Part shown: in pieces, positions 50,318 to 60,418 of the stretch
How the letters are laid out: every line of letters begins with the position of its first letter
Position numbering within the stretch: position 1 is the first letter of the stretch
Origin: Tagaea sp.
GTDB taxonomy: Bacteria > Pseudomonadota > Alphaproteobacteria > CACIAM-22H2
Direction of reading: 5' to 3'
DNA: 64,000 nt
Assembly (NCBI GenBank): GCA_965279525.1
Contig: CBDIIB010000003.1
Coordinates: forward strand, 1-64,000
Position numbers and translations under genes: made by a program
The notes under the pieces: model-generated
What the model saw: the letters and a program-made list of their open reading frames with translations, nothing else
Databases searched by the model: none
Told to the model about the DNA's origin: nothing

Positions 50318-51010
50318 CTAGCGGCCCAGCATCCGGCGCACGCGGCGCGCGAGGAACTCCGACAGCAGCAGGCCGGCCAGTGCCAGCGTCAGAGATACTG
50401 CCGCGAGGCGGGTGGCTGTATCCTCGCCGCCCGGGGCTTGCGTGGCGGCATAGATCGCCAGCGGCAGGGTCTGCGTCTCGCCCGGCACGTTGGAGGCGAA
50501 CGTCACGACTGCGCCGAACTCGCCCAGACTGGCGGCAAACGCGACAATCGCGCCGGACAGCACGCCGGGCAGCATCAGCGGCAGCGAGATCGTGACGAAA
50601 CGGTCCAGCGCGCCGGCACCCAGCGTGCGCGCGGCTTCGTCGAGGCCGGGGTCGAGCGCTTCGACCGACAGGCGTACCGCGCGCACCATCAGCGGAAAGA
50701 CCATCACGGCCGTCGCGAGGGCCGCCCCTTGTGCCGTGAACACCAGCCGGATGCCGAACGCCGCATCGAGCCAGGCGCCCAGCGGGCCGCGCACGCCGAA
50801 CAGCAGCAGCAGCAGATAGCCGACGACGACCGGCGGCAGCACGAGCGGCAGGTGGACAAGGCTGTCGACGAGCGCCTTGCCCGGGAACCGGCAGCGCGCG
50901 AGCAGCCACGCGACCAGTATCGCCGGCGGCAGCACGAACCCGACGGCGACAAGCGCTATGCGCAGGCTGAGGCCGATGGCGGCAAGCTCGGTATCGCTGA
51001 ACGGCGCCAT
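50318..51010 (-). CDS. modB: Molybdate ABC transporter permease
   Basis: LPLVLPPVVVGY, EAARTLGA, SLGEFGA, TQTLPLAIY. Confidence 0.93.
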   Translation of the reverse strand: MAPFSDTELAAIGLSLRIALVAVGFVLPPAILVAWLLARCRFPGKALVDSLVHLPLVLPPVVVGYLLLLLFGVRGPLGAWLDAAFGIRLVFTAQGAALATAVMVFPLMVRAVRLSVEALDPGLDEAARTLGAGALDRFVTISLPLMLPGVLSGAIVAFAASLGEFGAVVTFASNVPGETQTLPLAIYAATQAPGGEDTATRLAAVSLTLALAGLLLSEFLARRVRRMLGR

Positions 51011-51012
51011 GC

Positions 51013-51759
51013 CTACTCGACCGCGAAGCCGTAGCGACGGAAGATCACCAAAGCCGCCGGGGACTGCAGCTCGGCGAGAAAGGCGCGCGCGGCCGGTCCG
51101 TCGCGGCCGGCCACGATCGCGAAGGGATAGGCGATCGCGGCGTGGCTTTCGGCCGGAAACATCGCCGCGACCGCCACGCGCGGGCTGGCGGCGACGTCCG
51201 TCGCATAGACGACTCCGAAGGGCGCTTCCCCCCGCTCGACGAGTGCCAGTGCGGCCCGCACGGAAGCCGCCCGCGCGAGCCGCGGCTCGACTGCCGGCCA
51301 CACGCCAAGCCACTCGAAAGCCGTGCGCGCGTAGCGTCCGACCGGGACATGCGCGGGGTCGCCGGTCGCAAGGCGCTCGCGGCCGAGAAGCGCGCCGAAA
51401 TCCATGCCGCGCACGAGCACGACGTCGCGGGCCCGATCGGCGGGCACGATCAGGACGAGGCGGTTCGACAGGATCGAGACGCGGCTGTCGGCGACAAGGC
51501 GCCCGCGGGTGGCGAGATAATCGGCCCAATCTTCGTCGGCCGAGGCGAAGATGTCCGCCGGGGCGCCGTTCTCGATCTGGCGGGCGAGAATCGACGACGC
51601 GGCGAAGGAATAGCGCGCCGGCAGCGGCAGTTCGCGCGTGATCGCCTCGAGTGCGTCCGTCAGCGAAGCCGCGGCATAGACCAGCGGGCCCTGCGCGTTT
51701 GCCGCCGACGCGAGGCAGGCGGCAAAGGCGGTGAACAGCGTACAGGCAAGGCGGCGCAT
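51013..51759 (-). CDS. modA: Molybdate ABC transporter substrate-binding protein
   Basis: YAAASLTDA, FAASSILARQIENGAPADIFASA, VPVGRY, GVVYATD, IAYP. Confidence 0.93.
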   Translation of the reverse strand: MRRLACTLFTAFAACLASAANAQGPLVYAAASLTDALEAITRELPLPARYSFAASSILARQIENGAPADIFASADEDWADYLATRGRLVADSRVSILSNRLVLIVPADRARDVVLVRGMDFGALLGRERLATGDPAHVPVGRYARTAFEWLGVWPAVEPRLARAASVRAALALVERGEAPFGVVYATDVAASPRVAVAAMFPAESHAAIAYPFAIVAGRDGPAARAFLAELQSPAALVIFRRYGFAVE

Positions 51760-51769
51760 GGACTTTCCT

Positions 51770-51793
51770 CGTTATATCCGTCCGGATATAACG
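51770..51793. promoter_or_regulatory. ModE/Mop-type Mo-box overlapping the modA promoter
   Basis: Perfect 11-bp inverted repeat CGTTATATCCG-tc-CGGATATAACG 11 bp upstream of modA; TTGACA on the minus strand at 51817-51812. Confidence 0.85.
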
Positions 51794-51826
51794 CCATGCG
51801 CGCGCCTCGCCTGTCAATCGTGCCGG

Positions 51827-52213
51827 TCACCCGGGGGCGTACTGGGCAATCCCGTTGCCGAAGGACCAGTCGACCGGATCGTTCTCGGTCAGCACGACCA
51901 ACACGTCTTCGGCGCGCACGCCGGCATCGCGCACGAGGTTACGCACGATGGCCGCGTAAAGCGCGCGCTTCAGGTCTTGCGAGCGGCCGCGCCTGAAATA
52001 GACCTGCACCGAAAGGAACCCGCCGCTGCGCGCGATGCCCATGTAGCCGGGATCGGCGATCAGGCCGTCGGCCTTGTGCGCCGCGACGATCTGGAAGCGG
52101 TCGTCTGCCGGGATCTTGATGGCTTCCACGAGGGCGGCATGCACGCCGTCGGCGACCGCGCGGCGCGTGGCCTGCGGCATGATTTCGGGAACGTCGATGC
52201 GCACGAGCGGCAT
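51827..52213 (-). CDS. Tautomerase family protein (Pro-1, MSAD/4-OT-like)
   Basis: M-PLVRID start; IPADDRFQI, GRSQDLKRALY, DWSFGNGIAQY. Confidence 0.9.
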   Translation of the reverse strand: MPLVRIDVPEIMPQATRRAVADGVHAALVEAIKIPADDRFQIVAAHKADGLIADPGYMGIARSGGFLSVQVYFRRGRSQDLKRALYAAIVRNLVRDAGVRAEDVLVVLTENDPVDWSFGNGIAQYAPG

Positions 52214-52299
52214 TTGTCTTCTCCTTGTTGCGAAGGAGAAGATGGCGGGCGCTGCCGCCGCTGCCAAACGAGATTAGCTATCGACCGGTTGAGCGAAAC

Positions 52300-53688
52300 T
52301 CACGAGGGCCCGCCGGCCTTCTCGCCGATGTCCCAGTAGAGCCCGGCCATAAGCCGCAGCCCTTCGCGCGCGACCGCCGGCAGGATGTGCTCGTTGGGCG
52401 CATGCTGCGAGCACGACGGGTAGGAGTGCGGGACCCACACGGTCGGCAGGCCCAGCACGTCGCTGAAGATGTCGTTGGGCAGCGAGCCGCCGAGATTGGG
52501 CAGCACCGCCGGCTTGGCATTCGTCGTGCGCTTCAGGCTTGCCACGGCGAAATTCACCCACGGGTGCTCGGGATCGAGGCGCGTGGCGTGGAACATCTCC
52601 TCGCGCGTGGGCGACAGCTTCACCATCGGGAAGCCGTGTCGGTCGAGGTGCTTGCGCAGGGCCGGCAGGATGTTGGCCGGATCGATGCCGACGACGAACC
52701 GCAGCTGGCAGCGTGCCCACGCCTTGGGCGGGATCGCGTTGACCGGGTTTTCCGGATTGCCGGTGCGATAGGCGAGCACCTCGAACGAGCACCAGCCGAA
52801 CACGCGCTCGGACGGTGTGAGGCCAGGTTCACCCCATCCCGGTTCGACCTGCGGGCCATCCGAGCCGCCATCGACCTCGCAGTCGGCAAGGGCGCGGCGC
52901 ACGCTCGCGGGAAGTTCGGCGGGGACCCATTCGGGCAGGCGGATCTGGCCGGTCGGCCCGGCGATGCAGGCAAGCGCGTGGGCAAGCTGCAGGCCGGGGT
53001 TCGAGATGAGCCCGCCCCAGTTGCCGGAATGGTGCCCGCCGGCGCGCGCGTCGATCTCGAGATCGAAATTGAAGGCACCACGCGAACCCAGGAACAGCGT
53101 GGGACGTTCGGCGGACAGGCGCGGGCCGTCCGAGGCGATCAGCACGTCGGCCTTGAAGAGTTCCTTGTTCGCCTCGCACACCTCGCGCAGGCCCGGCGAG
53201 CCGGTCTCCTCGCCCATCTCGATCAAGTACTTGGCGTTGAAGCCGAGCTTGCCGCGGGCCTTCAGCACGGCGGCAAGCGCCCCGATATTGATCGAATGCT
53301 GGCCCTTGTTGTCGGCCGTCCCGCGCCCGTACCAGCGGTCGCCCTCGTCGGCCAGAACCCAGGGCGATAGCCCTTCGCGCCACTGCGGCTCGAGCCCGCG
53401 GATCACGTCGCCATGCCCGTAGCCGAACACGGTCGTGGCCTTGGGGTCCTCGATGCGTTCGGCGATCAGGAACGGCCCCTTGGCGCGCGGATGATGGAGG
53501 ATGCGGCACGTGAAGCCGAGCTTCTCGAGCGTGGGTACCATCTCGCCGGTCAGGTACTGCGCAAGCTCGGGGCCGCGATCGGGATTCTGGCTCTCGGTCT
53601 TGATTGCCACGCGGCGTGCCAGATCGGCCTTGTAGCCGCCGTCGTCGAAATAGCGCTCGGCATTGGCGATGGCGGTCTCGCGGCTCAT
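52300..53688 (-). CDS. M20 family metallopeptidase/amidohydrolase
   Basis: YGHGDV, GRGTADNKGQH, EMGEE, SDG, HHSGNWGG, QHAPNEH. Confidence 0.92.
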   Translation of the reverse strand: MSRETAIANAERYFDDGGYKADLARRVAIKTESQNPDRGPELAQYLTGEMVPTLEKLGFTCRILHHPRAKGPFLIAERIEDPKATTVFGYGHGDVIRGLEPQWREGLSPWVLADEGDRWYGRGTADNKGQHSINIGALAAVLKARGKLGFNAKYLIEMGEETGSPGLREVCEANKELFKADVLIASDGPRLSAERPTLFLGSRGAFNFDLEIDARAGGHHSGNWGGLISNPGLQLAHALACIAGPTGQIRLPEWVPAELPASVRRALADCEVDGGSDGPQVEPGWGEPGLTPSERVFGWCSFEVLAYRTGNPENPVNAIPPKAWARCQLRFVVGIDPANILPALRKHLDRHGFPMVKLSPTREEMFHATRLDPEHPWVNFAVASLKRTTNAKPAVLPNLGGSLPNDIFSDVLGLPTVWVPHSYPSCSQHAPNEHILPAVAREGLRLMAGLYWDIGEKAGGPS

Positions 53689-54659
53689 GCGAATTCCTTG
53701 CTGTAGAGGGGGGCGTAGGCGTGGCAGGCGACCTGTGCCGGCCCGTCGGCGATTGTTGCCGGGATCGCGGTCCGGCAGACCGGCTTGGCGTAGAGGCAGC
53801 GCGGATTGAAGCCGCAACCGGCCGGCGGGTCCAGCGGATTGGGGAAGGCGAGGCCGAGGCCGGTATCCGGCACGCCAAGTCCCGGCTCGGGCGTGAGCAC
53901 CGAGGCGAGCAGTGCCTGGCTGTAGGGATGGCGCGCGCGCGCGAAGATCTCGGCCGTTTGCGCAAGCTCGACGACGCGGCCCAGATACATCACCGCCACG
54001 CGCGTGGCGATATGCTCGACGACCGCGAGATTGTGGCTGATGAACACGTAGGTGAGGCCGAACTCCTCGCGCAGGTCCATCAGCAGGTTCAGGATCTGGC
54101 TCTGCACCGACACGTCGAGCGCCGAGGTCGGCTCGTCGCACACCACGATCTCGGGGCGCATGACGAGCGCGCGCGCGATCGCCACGCGCTGGCGCTGGCC
54201 GCCGGAAAGCTGCCCCGGATAGCTGTCGGCGAAGCGCGCGGGCAGGCCGACGCGTTCGAGCATGTCGATCGCCTTCCGGCGCCGGTAGGCGCTGTCGCCC
54301 ATGCCGTGTACGGCCAGCGGCAGCGCCACGATGGAGGCGATGCGCTTTCGCGGATTGAGTGAGCCGTAGGGATCCTGGAACACCGGCTGGACACGCGCGG
54401 CAAGCCTCCCGCGTCCGAGCGTGGCGATGTCGACGCCGTCGATCGAGATGCGCCCCGACGTGGGCGGAAGAAGGCCCAGCAGCATGCGCGCGAGCGTGGA
54501 TTTGCCGCAGCCCGATTCACCCACGATGCCGAGCACCTCGCCCTTCTCGAGCGTCAGATCCACGCCGTCGACGGCGTGGAGCGTGCGCGAAGGGGTAAAC
54601 AGCCCGCGCGATACCGCGAAACTGCGGTGCAGGCCCGATACTTCCATCAGCGCGCTCAC
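53685..54659 (-). CDS. Dipeptide/oligopeptide ABC ATP-binding protein (DppF/OppF-like)
   Basis: GESGCGKST, LSGGQRQR, CDEPTSALD, HPYSQALL, GCGFNPRC. Confidence 0.9.
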   Translation of the reverse strand: MSALMEVSGLHRSFAVSRGLFTPSRTLHAVDGVDLTLEKGEVLGIVGESGCGKSTLARMLLGLLPPTSGRISIDGVDIATLGRGRLAARVQPVFQDPYGSLNPRKRIASIVALPLAVHGMGDSAYRRRKAIDMLERVGLPARFADSYPGQLSGGQRQRVAIARALVMRPEIVVCDEPTSALDVSVQSQILNLLMDLREEFGLTYVFISHNLAVVEHIATRVAVMYLGRVVELAQTAEIFARARHPYSQALLASVLTPEPGLGVPDTGLGLAFPNPLDPPAGCGFNPRCLYAKPVCRTAIPATIADGPAQVACHAYAPLYSKEFA

Positions 54660-55621
54660 GCGGCCCCCCGCACGCAGGCCCAGCCGTGATCGCCCTCGAG
54701 GTTTTGCGGCGGCTCGGCCGCACATTCGGGAACGGCAAGCGCGCAGCGGTCGCGGAAAGCGCAGCCCGTGACGGTGCCGATCAGGGCCGGGATCGTGCCG
54801 GGAATGGAGCCCAGCCGCTCGCCGGCCCGCGTGCGGCCCGGCACGGGGATGCAATCCATCAGTGCACGCGTGTAGGGATGCTGCGGGGCGGCAAACACGT
54901 CGGTCGTCGTCCCGTGCTCGACGACCGCGCCGGCGTACATGACGGCAACCCGGTCGGCGACGCGCGCGACGACGCCAAGGTCGTGCGTGATCAGCACCAG
55001 CGCCATGCCGAATTCGCGCTGAAGGTCTTTCAGGAGGAGCAGGATCTGCGCCTGGATCGTCACGTCGAGTGCGGTCGTCGGCTCATCGGCGACGATCAGG
55101 GCAGGGCCGCACATCAGCGCCATCGCGATCATCACGCGCTGGCGCAGGCCGCCGGAAAGCTGGTGGGGATACTGGCCGAGCCGGTCGCCCGACGCGGCGA
55201 TGCCGACTTTGCCGAGCAGGAACACCGCGCGCTCGCGCGCTTGCGCCACACTCGCCCCCTTGTGGCGGCGATAGACCTCCATCATCTGGTTGCCGATCGT
55301 GTAGGACGGGTTGAGCGCCGTCATCGGCTCCTGGAAGATCATCGACATGTGCGCGCCGCGCAGATCGTTGACCACCTTGCGCCCGGCCCCGGCAAGGTCG
55401 ATCCCGGCGAACTCGAGCCGGCGCGCTTTCCGCGTGGCGGCGCGCGGCAGCAGGCCCATCAGCGCCAGCGCCGTCATCGACTTGCCGCAGCCGGACTCGC
55501 CGACCAGGCACAGCGTCTCACCCTTCTCGACCGAGAACGTGACGTCGCGCACGGCATGCAGCGTGCCCGCGGGCACCGCGATATCGACCGTCAGCCCGTC
55601 GACCGTCAGAAGGGCCGTCAT
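54656..55621 (-). CDS. Dipeptide/oligopeptide ABC ATP-binding protein (DppD/OppD-like)
   Basis: GESGCGKS, FQEPMTALNP, LSGGLRQR, ADEPTTALD, GCAFRDRC. Confidence 0.9.
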   Translation of the reverse strand: MTALLTVDGLTVDIAVPAGTLHAVRDVTFSVEKGETLCLVGESGCGKSMTALALMGLLPRAATRKARRLEFAGIDLAGAGRKVVNDLRGAHMSMIFQEPMTALNPSYTIGNQMMEVYRRHKGASVAQARERAVFLLGKVGIAASGDRLGQYPHQLSGGLRQRVMIAMALMCGPALIVADEPTTALDVTIQAQILLLLKDLQREFGMALVLITHDLGVVARVADRVAVMYAGAVVEHGTTTDVFAAPQHPYTRALMDCIPVPGRTRAGERLGSIPGTIPALIGTVTGCAFRDRCALAVPECAAEPPQNLEGDHGWACVRGAA

Positions 55622-56511
55622 GCGCGCCCCTCCGGGGCCGCCACGTCGCGGATCCCGTCGCCGACGAGGTTGATCGCCAGCAGCAGCAGACCAAGAGCCG
55701 TTCCCGGGATCGCGATCATCCAGAAGCTGAAGAACATGTAGGCCTTCGCCTCGGAGATCATCAGCCCCCAGCTCGGCAGCGGCGGCTGCACGCCAAGGCC
55801 AAGGAACGACAGGGCTGCTTCGAGCAGGATGGCGCTTGCCATCTCGAGCGTGGCGACGACGACGAGCTGGGGCAGGATGTTGGGCAGGATCTCGCCCAAC
55901 ACGATGCGCGGGGTTCCGGCACCCGCGGCGCGCGCGGCGGCGACATAGTCCTGGCTGCGTGCCTGCTGGGTGGCGGCACGCATGACCACCGCGAAGCGGT
56001 CCCACTTGAGCAGGCCGAGCACGAGGATGACCACGCCCAGCGATCCGCCGACGAGGGCGACGACCGCAAGGGCCACCAGCACGACCGGCATGGCGAGGCG
56101 CGTGGTCACGAGAAAACTGACGGCCATGTCGGTCTTGCCGCCGAAATAGCCCGCGAGCAGCCCCATCGTCGTGCCGATCAGGCCCGAGACGAGCATCACC
56201 GAAAAGCCGATCAGCAGCGAGACGCGGGCCCCATAGATCGTGCGCGAGAGATAGTCGCGCCCGAGATTGTCGGTGCCGAACGGATGCAGCCACGTGCCGC
56301 GCTCGTGCCAGATCGGCGGGACGAGGCGCGCGGAGAGGTCCTGGAAATAGGGGTCGTGCGGGGCGATCCACGGCGCGAGCAGGGCCGCCGCGAAGGAAGC
56401 CGCCAGCAGCAGCAGGCCGAAGATCAGGCCCGCATGCCCGAGGATCCGCCGGCGCAGGATCTGGCCATGCGTGGGAACGACGAATTCGGCGATGGCGGGA
56501 ATGTCGGCCAT
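55618..56511 (-). CDS. Dipeptide/oligopeptide ABC permease (DppC-like)
   Basis: HPFGTDNLGRD, YVAAARAAGA, EAALSFLGLG. Confidence 0.9.
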   Translation of the reverse strand: MADIPAIAEFVVPTHGQILRRRILGHAGLIFGLLLLAASFAAALLAPWIAPHDPYFQDLSARLVPPIWHERGTWLHPFGTDNLGRDYLSRTIYGARVSLLIGFSVMLVSGLIGTTMGLLAGYFGGKTDMAVSFLVTTRLAMPVVLVALAVVALVGGSLGVVILVLGLLKWDRFAVVMRAATQQARSQDYVAAARAAGAGTPRIVLGEILPNILPQLVVVATLEMASAILLEAALSFLGLGVQPPLPSWGLMISEAKAYMFFSFWMIAIPGTALGLLLLAINLVGDGIRDVAAPEGRA

Positions 56512-56512
56512 G

Positions 56513-57430
56513 TCAGGCGACGCGCAGGCGCGGGTCGAGCCACGCGTTGACGAGATCGGCCGCCAGCGTGAGCACGATATAGACGATCGACAGCAGCAGC
56601 ACGACCGCCTGCGTCGTCGGGAAATCCTTGTAGGTGATGCTCTGGTAGGCGAGATAGCCCAAGCCGTCGAGCGCGAAGATCGTCTCGATGACGATCGAGC
56701 CGCCGAGCAGGAAGCCGAGCTGCACGGCCGCCAGCGCCACCACCGGGATCATCGCGTTGCGCAACGCATGCTTGAACACCACGCTTGCCGGCGAAAGGCC
56801 GTTGGCGCGCGCCGTGCGCACGTAGTCGGCCGCCAGCGTCTCGATCATGCCGGCCCGGATCAGGCGCATGAAGGCGGGGGCCGCGTAATAGCCCAGCGCC
56901 ACCGTCGGCATGACGAAGTGCTGCCATGTGCCCGAGCCCGACACCGGCAGCCAGCGCAGCGTGATCGAGAACAGCAGGATGAGGCACAGCGCGAAGAAGA
57001 AGTTCGGCAGCGCTTGCCCGACGACCGAAACCGCAAGGCAGATCCGGTCGACCCAGCTGTTGGGATAGAGGGCGGCGAGCACGCCCAGCGGGAACGACAC
57101 GACAAGCGCGAAGGCCAGCGCAAGCACGCCGAGGACCAGCGTGGTCGGCAGCTTGTCGATCACGAGATCGATCACGCTGGTCTTGAAATAGAGCGACTTG
57201 CCGAAATCCCCGCGCAGGGTCTGGCCGAGCCAGTCGAGATACTGGACGAGCAGCGGCCGGTCGAGCCCGTAGGTCTGGCGGACCATCTCGATGTCGGCGG
57301 CGCGCGCACCCTCGCCGGCGATGGCGAGGGCGACGTCGCCCGACAGGCGCAGCAGCACGAAGCTGATCGCGGAGACCGCGAAGGCCACCGCGACGGCGAC
57401 GAAAAGCCGCCGTGCGGCGAAGCCGAGCAT
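56513..57430 (-). CDS. Dipeptide/oligopeptide ABC permease (DppB-like)
   Basis: GLDRPLLVQY, GDFGKS, DYVRTARANGL, KHALRNA, LDPRLR. Confidence 0.9.
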   Translation of the reverse strand: MLGFAARRLFVAVAVAFAVSAISFVLLRLSGDVALAIAGEGARAADIEMVRQTYGLDRPLLVQYLDWLGQTLRGDFGKSLYFKTSVIDLVIDKLPTTLVLGVLALAFALVVSFPLGVLAALYPNSWVDRICLAVSVVGQALPNFFFALCLILLFSITLRWLPVSGSGTWQHFVMPTVALGYYAAPAFMRLIRAGMIETLAADYVRTARANGLSPASVVFKHALRNAMIPVVALAAVQLGFLLGGSIVIETIFALDGLGYLAYQSITYKDFPTTQAVVLLLSIVYIVLTLAADLVNAWLDPRLRVA

Positions 57431-57442
57431 CGCGCCTTGCCG

Positions 57443-58960
57443 TTACTTCCAGCGCGTTTCCCAGAAGCGCGGCAGTTCGTCGGGGTAGGGCGTGAAGGCG
57501 AGATCCTTCGAATAGACGTAGAAGGTCGTCAGCGAATAGAGCGGGACCGCATAGGCCTTCTGGGCGATCATCGCCAGCGCCTGCCGGTAGGCGTCCTTGC
57601 GGGCCTGCGGATCGACCGATCCGTCGCCCTTGATCAGCAGGTCGCGCACTTCGGGATCGCGCGTCACGTCGTCGTCCTCGAACTTGTAGTAGACGGGCGT
57701 GCTGGCCGACACGTCGTTGACCGAGAACGAGCCCCATGTCTGGTGCGCGAATCCGGCCGTGCTCGCGCGCATCTGCTCGCGGAACGCGGCGTATTGCATG
57801 AAGCGCAGGTTGGCGCGGATGCCGACGGCACGCAGGTAGCCGATCATCGCCTCGGCCTGGTTGCGCTCGCGGTACGAGTAGAGATCGACGTCGAAGCCGT
57901 TGGGGAAGCCCGCTTCCGCAAGCAGCGCCTTCGCCTTGGCCGGATCGTAGGCGTGGACCGGCGCGCCCACGTCCGTGCAGCCGAACTGGCTGGGGAAGCA
58001 GATCGTGTTGAGCACGCGCGCCCCTTCGCCGACGAGGTTCTTGACCATCGCCGCGCGGTCGATCGCGTGGTTGATCGCCAGGCGCACGCGCGGGTCGCGG
58101 AACTGCGGCACGGGCGACTTCTCGGTCGAGGCCATCTGCAGGAAGACGATGCGCATCGTCTCGCCGCTCTCCACCGTCAGCGTCGGCACCGCCTTCATCG
58201 GCGCTGCCTGGTCGGGGGCGACGTTCATGATGAACTCGAGGCCGCCCGAAAGCATTTCGGCGACCTGAGTCTGGCGGTCGGGGATGAAGCGGATGTCGAC
58301 CTTGTCGATGGTCGGCTGCGGCTTGGGACTGTCCTTGAAATAGTCGGGATTGCGCTCGAGGCGCAGCAGCTTGCCCTGCGAATGCTCGACCACGCGATAG
58401 GGACCCGAGCCCACGGGCTTCTCGTTCATGCCCTGCGGGCCGGCCTTGGCGTAGTACTCGTTCGGGTGGATCGCGATGGGGCCGGCGAGATACTCGATTG
58501 CCGCCGGGAAGGTGCGCTTGAGGTGGATGCGGACCTTCAGCTTGCCGACCTTCTCGGCCTTGTCGATCCAGTTGACGTTCTGCTGGGTGGTCGACTTGTT
58601 GGCCGGGTTCGACACGAAGTTCAGCGTGTACACCACATCGTCGGCGTCGAACTCCTCGCCGTTATGGAACTTGACGCCGGCGCGCAGGTCCAGCTCCAGC
58701 GTCTTTTCGTCGATCCAGCGCCAGGCGGTGGCGAGCTGGCCCTTGTATTCGTTGGTCTTCGGGTCGCGGTAGATGAGGGTGTCCCACACGTGGTGGGCGA
58801 TGATCACGCCGATGCGCACGTTGTTGAAATAGGGGTCGACGTTCTCCGGCACCTGGTCGTAGGCGAAGCGGATCGTGTTGTCGCGCTTGGCGGCATCGGC
58901 CGGGGCGGCGAGGACGGCAAGGGCAAGGGCTGCCGCACAGGCGGTGCTGAACTTCGACAT
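57443..58960 (-). CDS. Family 5 ABC substrate-binding protein (DppA/OppA-like)
   Basis: Signal peptide; LATAW, LRAGVKFHNG, PVGSGPY, DPRVRLAINHAID, YDPAKAKALLAEAG. Confidence 0.9.
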   Translation of the reverse strand: MSKFSTACAAALALAVLAAPADAAKRDNTIRFAYDQVPENVDPYFNNVRIGVIIAHHVWDTLIYRDPKTNEYKGQLATAWRWIDEKTLELDLRAGVKFHNGEEFDADDVVYTLNFVSNPANKSTTQQNVNWIDKAEKVGKLKVRIHLKRTFPAAIEYLAGPIAIHPNEYYAKAGPQGMNEKPVGSGPYRVVEHSQGKLLRLERNPDYFKDSPKPQPTIDKVDIRFIPDRQTQVAEMLSGGLEFIMNVAPDQAAPMKAVPTLTVESGETMRIVFLQMASTEKSPVPQFRDPRVRLAINHAIDRAAMVKNLVGEGARVLNTICFPSQFGCTDVGAPVHAYDPAKAKALLAEAGFPNGFDVDLYSYRERNQAEAMIGYLRAVGIRANLRFMQYAAFREQMRASTAGFAHQTWGSFSVNDVSASTPVYYKFEDDDVTRDPEVRDLLIKGDGSVDPQARKDAYRQALAMIAQKAYAVPLYSLTTFYVYSKDLAFTPYPDELPRFWETRWK

Positions 58961-59021
58961 CGGGGACCTCCACTGTTCGGCCCGATGGTGCGGGGCGGAG
59001 GACCGGAGAGTCAAGCCGTGC

Positions 59022-60383
59022 CTAGACGGCGACCGAGTGCTTTGCCTCGCCGCCGTCGAGATAGGCGTCGAACGCCGAGGCGACGATCCGCGCGAAACTG
59101 CGCGTCTGCGGCGGGATCCCGATGCGCGTGCCCTCGCGCACGCAGAGGCCTTCGGCGGCAAACCGGTCCACGCGCGCGAATTCGCCGGCAAAAAGTTCCG
59201 CCGTGTCGCCGTCGGTCCCGTGGGTGGCCGCCAGCGGCGCCACGTCGACCGCCATGTCGCACATCAGCCGCACGATGATCTCGCGGCGCAGCCGGTCGTC
59301 GGCCGTCAGCGTCACGCCGCGCGCGACGGGCAGCTGCTTTCCTTCGACCGTCGCGCGCCATTCGTCGAGCCGCGTGTGGTTCTGCGCGTAGCCTTCGCGG
59401 AACGCCGAGATCGCCGAGGGGCCGAAGGCCAGAAGCGTTTCGGACCGGTCGGTCGTATAGCCCTGGAAGTTGCGCGTCAGCCGTCCTTCGCGGCAGGCCA
59501 CGGCAAGTTCGTCGTCGTGCGCCGCGAAATGGTCGATGCCGATGCGCTCGTAGCCGCGCGCGGCAAGTCGCGCGTGCGCGCGGGTCATCAGTTTCATGCG
59601 CAGTTCGCCGTCGGGCAGGCCGTGCGGTTCGAGCAGCTTCTGGTGCGGCTTCATCCATGGGACATGCGCGTAGCCGAACAGCGCCACGCGGGCGGCCCCC
59701 ATGTCGGCGACCGTATCCACTGTCGCGGCGATGGTCGCCTCGGTCTGGTGCGGCAGGCCGTAGAGCAGGTCGACGCCGAATTCCGGCAGTCCCGCCGCGC
59801 GCAGGTCGGCCAGGCGCGCTTCCACGTCCGCGACCGGCTGGATGCGGTTGATCGCCGCCTGCACGGCCGGGTCGAAATCCTGGATGCCGAGATTGACGCG
59901 CGTGACGCCCGAGGCGACGAGCGTGGCGGCCATCTTCGCATCGAGCGTGCGCGGATCGAGCTCGACGTCGAAGCGCGTGTCGACGCCGATGTCGAACATG
60001 TCGTGCAGCGCGTCCGCCAGCCTCGTGAAATCGGCGGGCGACAGCGCGTTCGGCGTGCCGCCGCCGAAATGGATCTGGCCGGCCGCCAGGCGGCGGCCCA
60101 ACAGCTTGCGCGCGTGGCCAAGCTCGCGCAGCAGCGTCTCGAGATAGTTGTGCACGCTCGCGTATTTCGACGCGATCGTGGTGTTGCAGCCGCAGTACCA
60201 GCAGAGCTGCGAACAGAACGGCACGTGCACGTAGACCGAGACCGGCATTTCGGTCCCGATCGCGGCGTACCATCGCGCGACCTCCAGCGGGCCGACGGCC
60301 TTCGTGAAATGGGGCGCGGTCGGATAGCTCGTGTAGCGCGGGACCCGCGCCTCGGCGCGGGTCAGGGTTTCCCGGGTCAGCAT
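59022..60383 (-). CDS. hemN: Oxygen-independent coproporphyrinogen III oxidase (radical SAM)
   Basis: PRYTSYPTA, YVHVPFCSQLCWYCGC (CX3CX2C), HFGGGTP, GIQDF, GIDHFA, RNFQGY. Confidence 0.94.
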   Translation of the reverse strand: MLTRETLTRAEARVPRYTSYPTAPHFTKAVGPLEVARWYAAIGTEMPVSVYVHVPFCSQLCWYCGCNTTIASKYASVHNYLETLLRELGHARKLLGRRLAAGQIHFGGGTPNALSPADFTRLADALHDMFDIGVDTRFDVELDPRTLDAKMAATLVASGVTRVNLGIQDFDPAVQAAINRIQPVADVEARLADLRAAGLPEFGVDLLYGLPHQTEATIAATVDTVADMGAARVALFGYAHVPWMKPHQKLLEPHGLPDGELRMKLMTRAHARLAARGYERIGIDHFAAHDDELAVACREGRLTRNFQGYTTDRSETLLAFGPSAISAFREGYAQNHTRLDEWRATVEGKQLPVARGVTLTADDRLRREIIVRLMCDMAVDVAPLAATHGTDGDTAELFAGEFARVDRFAAEGLCVREGTRIGIPPQTRSFARIVASAFDAYLDGGEAKHSVAV

Positions 60384-60418
60384 GCGGGTGAGAATGGACC
60401 CGCCATCCGCCATCCGCG

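Noticed and set aside
51827-58960. dpp-type ABC + M20 peptidase + tautomerase as a novel system
   Set aside because: Common transporter-amidohydrolase arrangement; the substrate is unknown but nothing structurally unusual apart from the tautomerase leader.
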